Below the pieces are notes generated by a model. The model worked only from the letters and a program-made list of their open reading frames with translations, searched no databases and had not been told where the DNA came from. 64,000 bases of DNA. Origin: Candidatus Levyibacteriota bacterium (lineage in GTDB: Bacteria > Patescibacteriota > Microgenomatia > Levybacterales > UBA12049). A program made the translations under genes and the position numbers. Positions 63,924 through 64,000 of the stretch are shown piece after piece (position 1 is the first letter of the stretch; the number at the start of each line of letters is the position of its first letter). The DNA is taken from positions 17,612 to 81,611 of the forward strand of contig DAIDHK010000005.1 of NCBI GenBank assembly GCA_027459725.1, written 5' to 3'.

Positions 63924-64000
63924 TTACTCAACAAAAGTAAGCGCTTTACCTCTTTTGCCCGCTCTTCCTGTTCTCCCAATTCTATGAATATAATCTTCAT
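63924..64000 (-). CDS. DEAD-box RNA helicase, C-terminal end (partial)
   Basis: Hand translation EDYIHRIGRTGRAGKRGKALTFVE* contains motif VI. Confidence 0.9.
   Translation of the reverse strand, partial: EDYIHRIGRTGRAGKRGKALTFVE

Overview
AT-rich bacterial chromosomal segment. Its gene content (DUF3048, DUF4446, DUF5679, DUF5674, short-type AspRS, wHTH-secD-secF, RnfD-FNR fusion, very short leaders) points to a CPR/Patescibacteria genome, probably Microgenomates; this assignment is inference. The most striking element is an F1-like ATPase operon (1435-7435). Its alpha, beta and gamma subunits look catalytically intact, but the Fo part is degenerate: there is no subunit a gene, and the only c-like hairpin lacks the ion-binding carboxylate and is fused behind a signal peptide and an extracellular domain. 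Also present are a four-segment Ile-codon attenuator before an orphan gene, a uORF leader before an ABC exporter, and a ~210-nt GC-rich multi-hairpin candidate ncRNA. The window further carries two GT2+GH26 cassettes, tandem GH130 genes, a DUF1800-DUF1501 fusion, a minimal kinase-like protein, three decayed IS remnants and housekeeping genes (gltX, aspS, recJ, cca, secDF). All calls come from reading motifs by eye; no searches were run.
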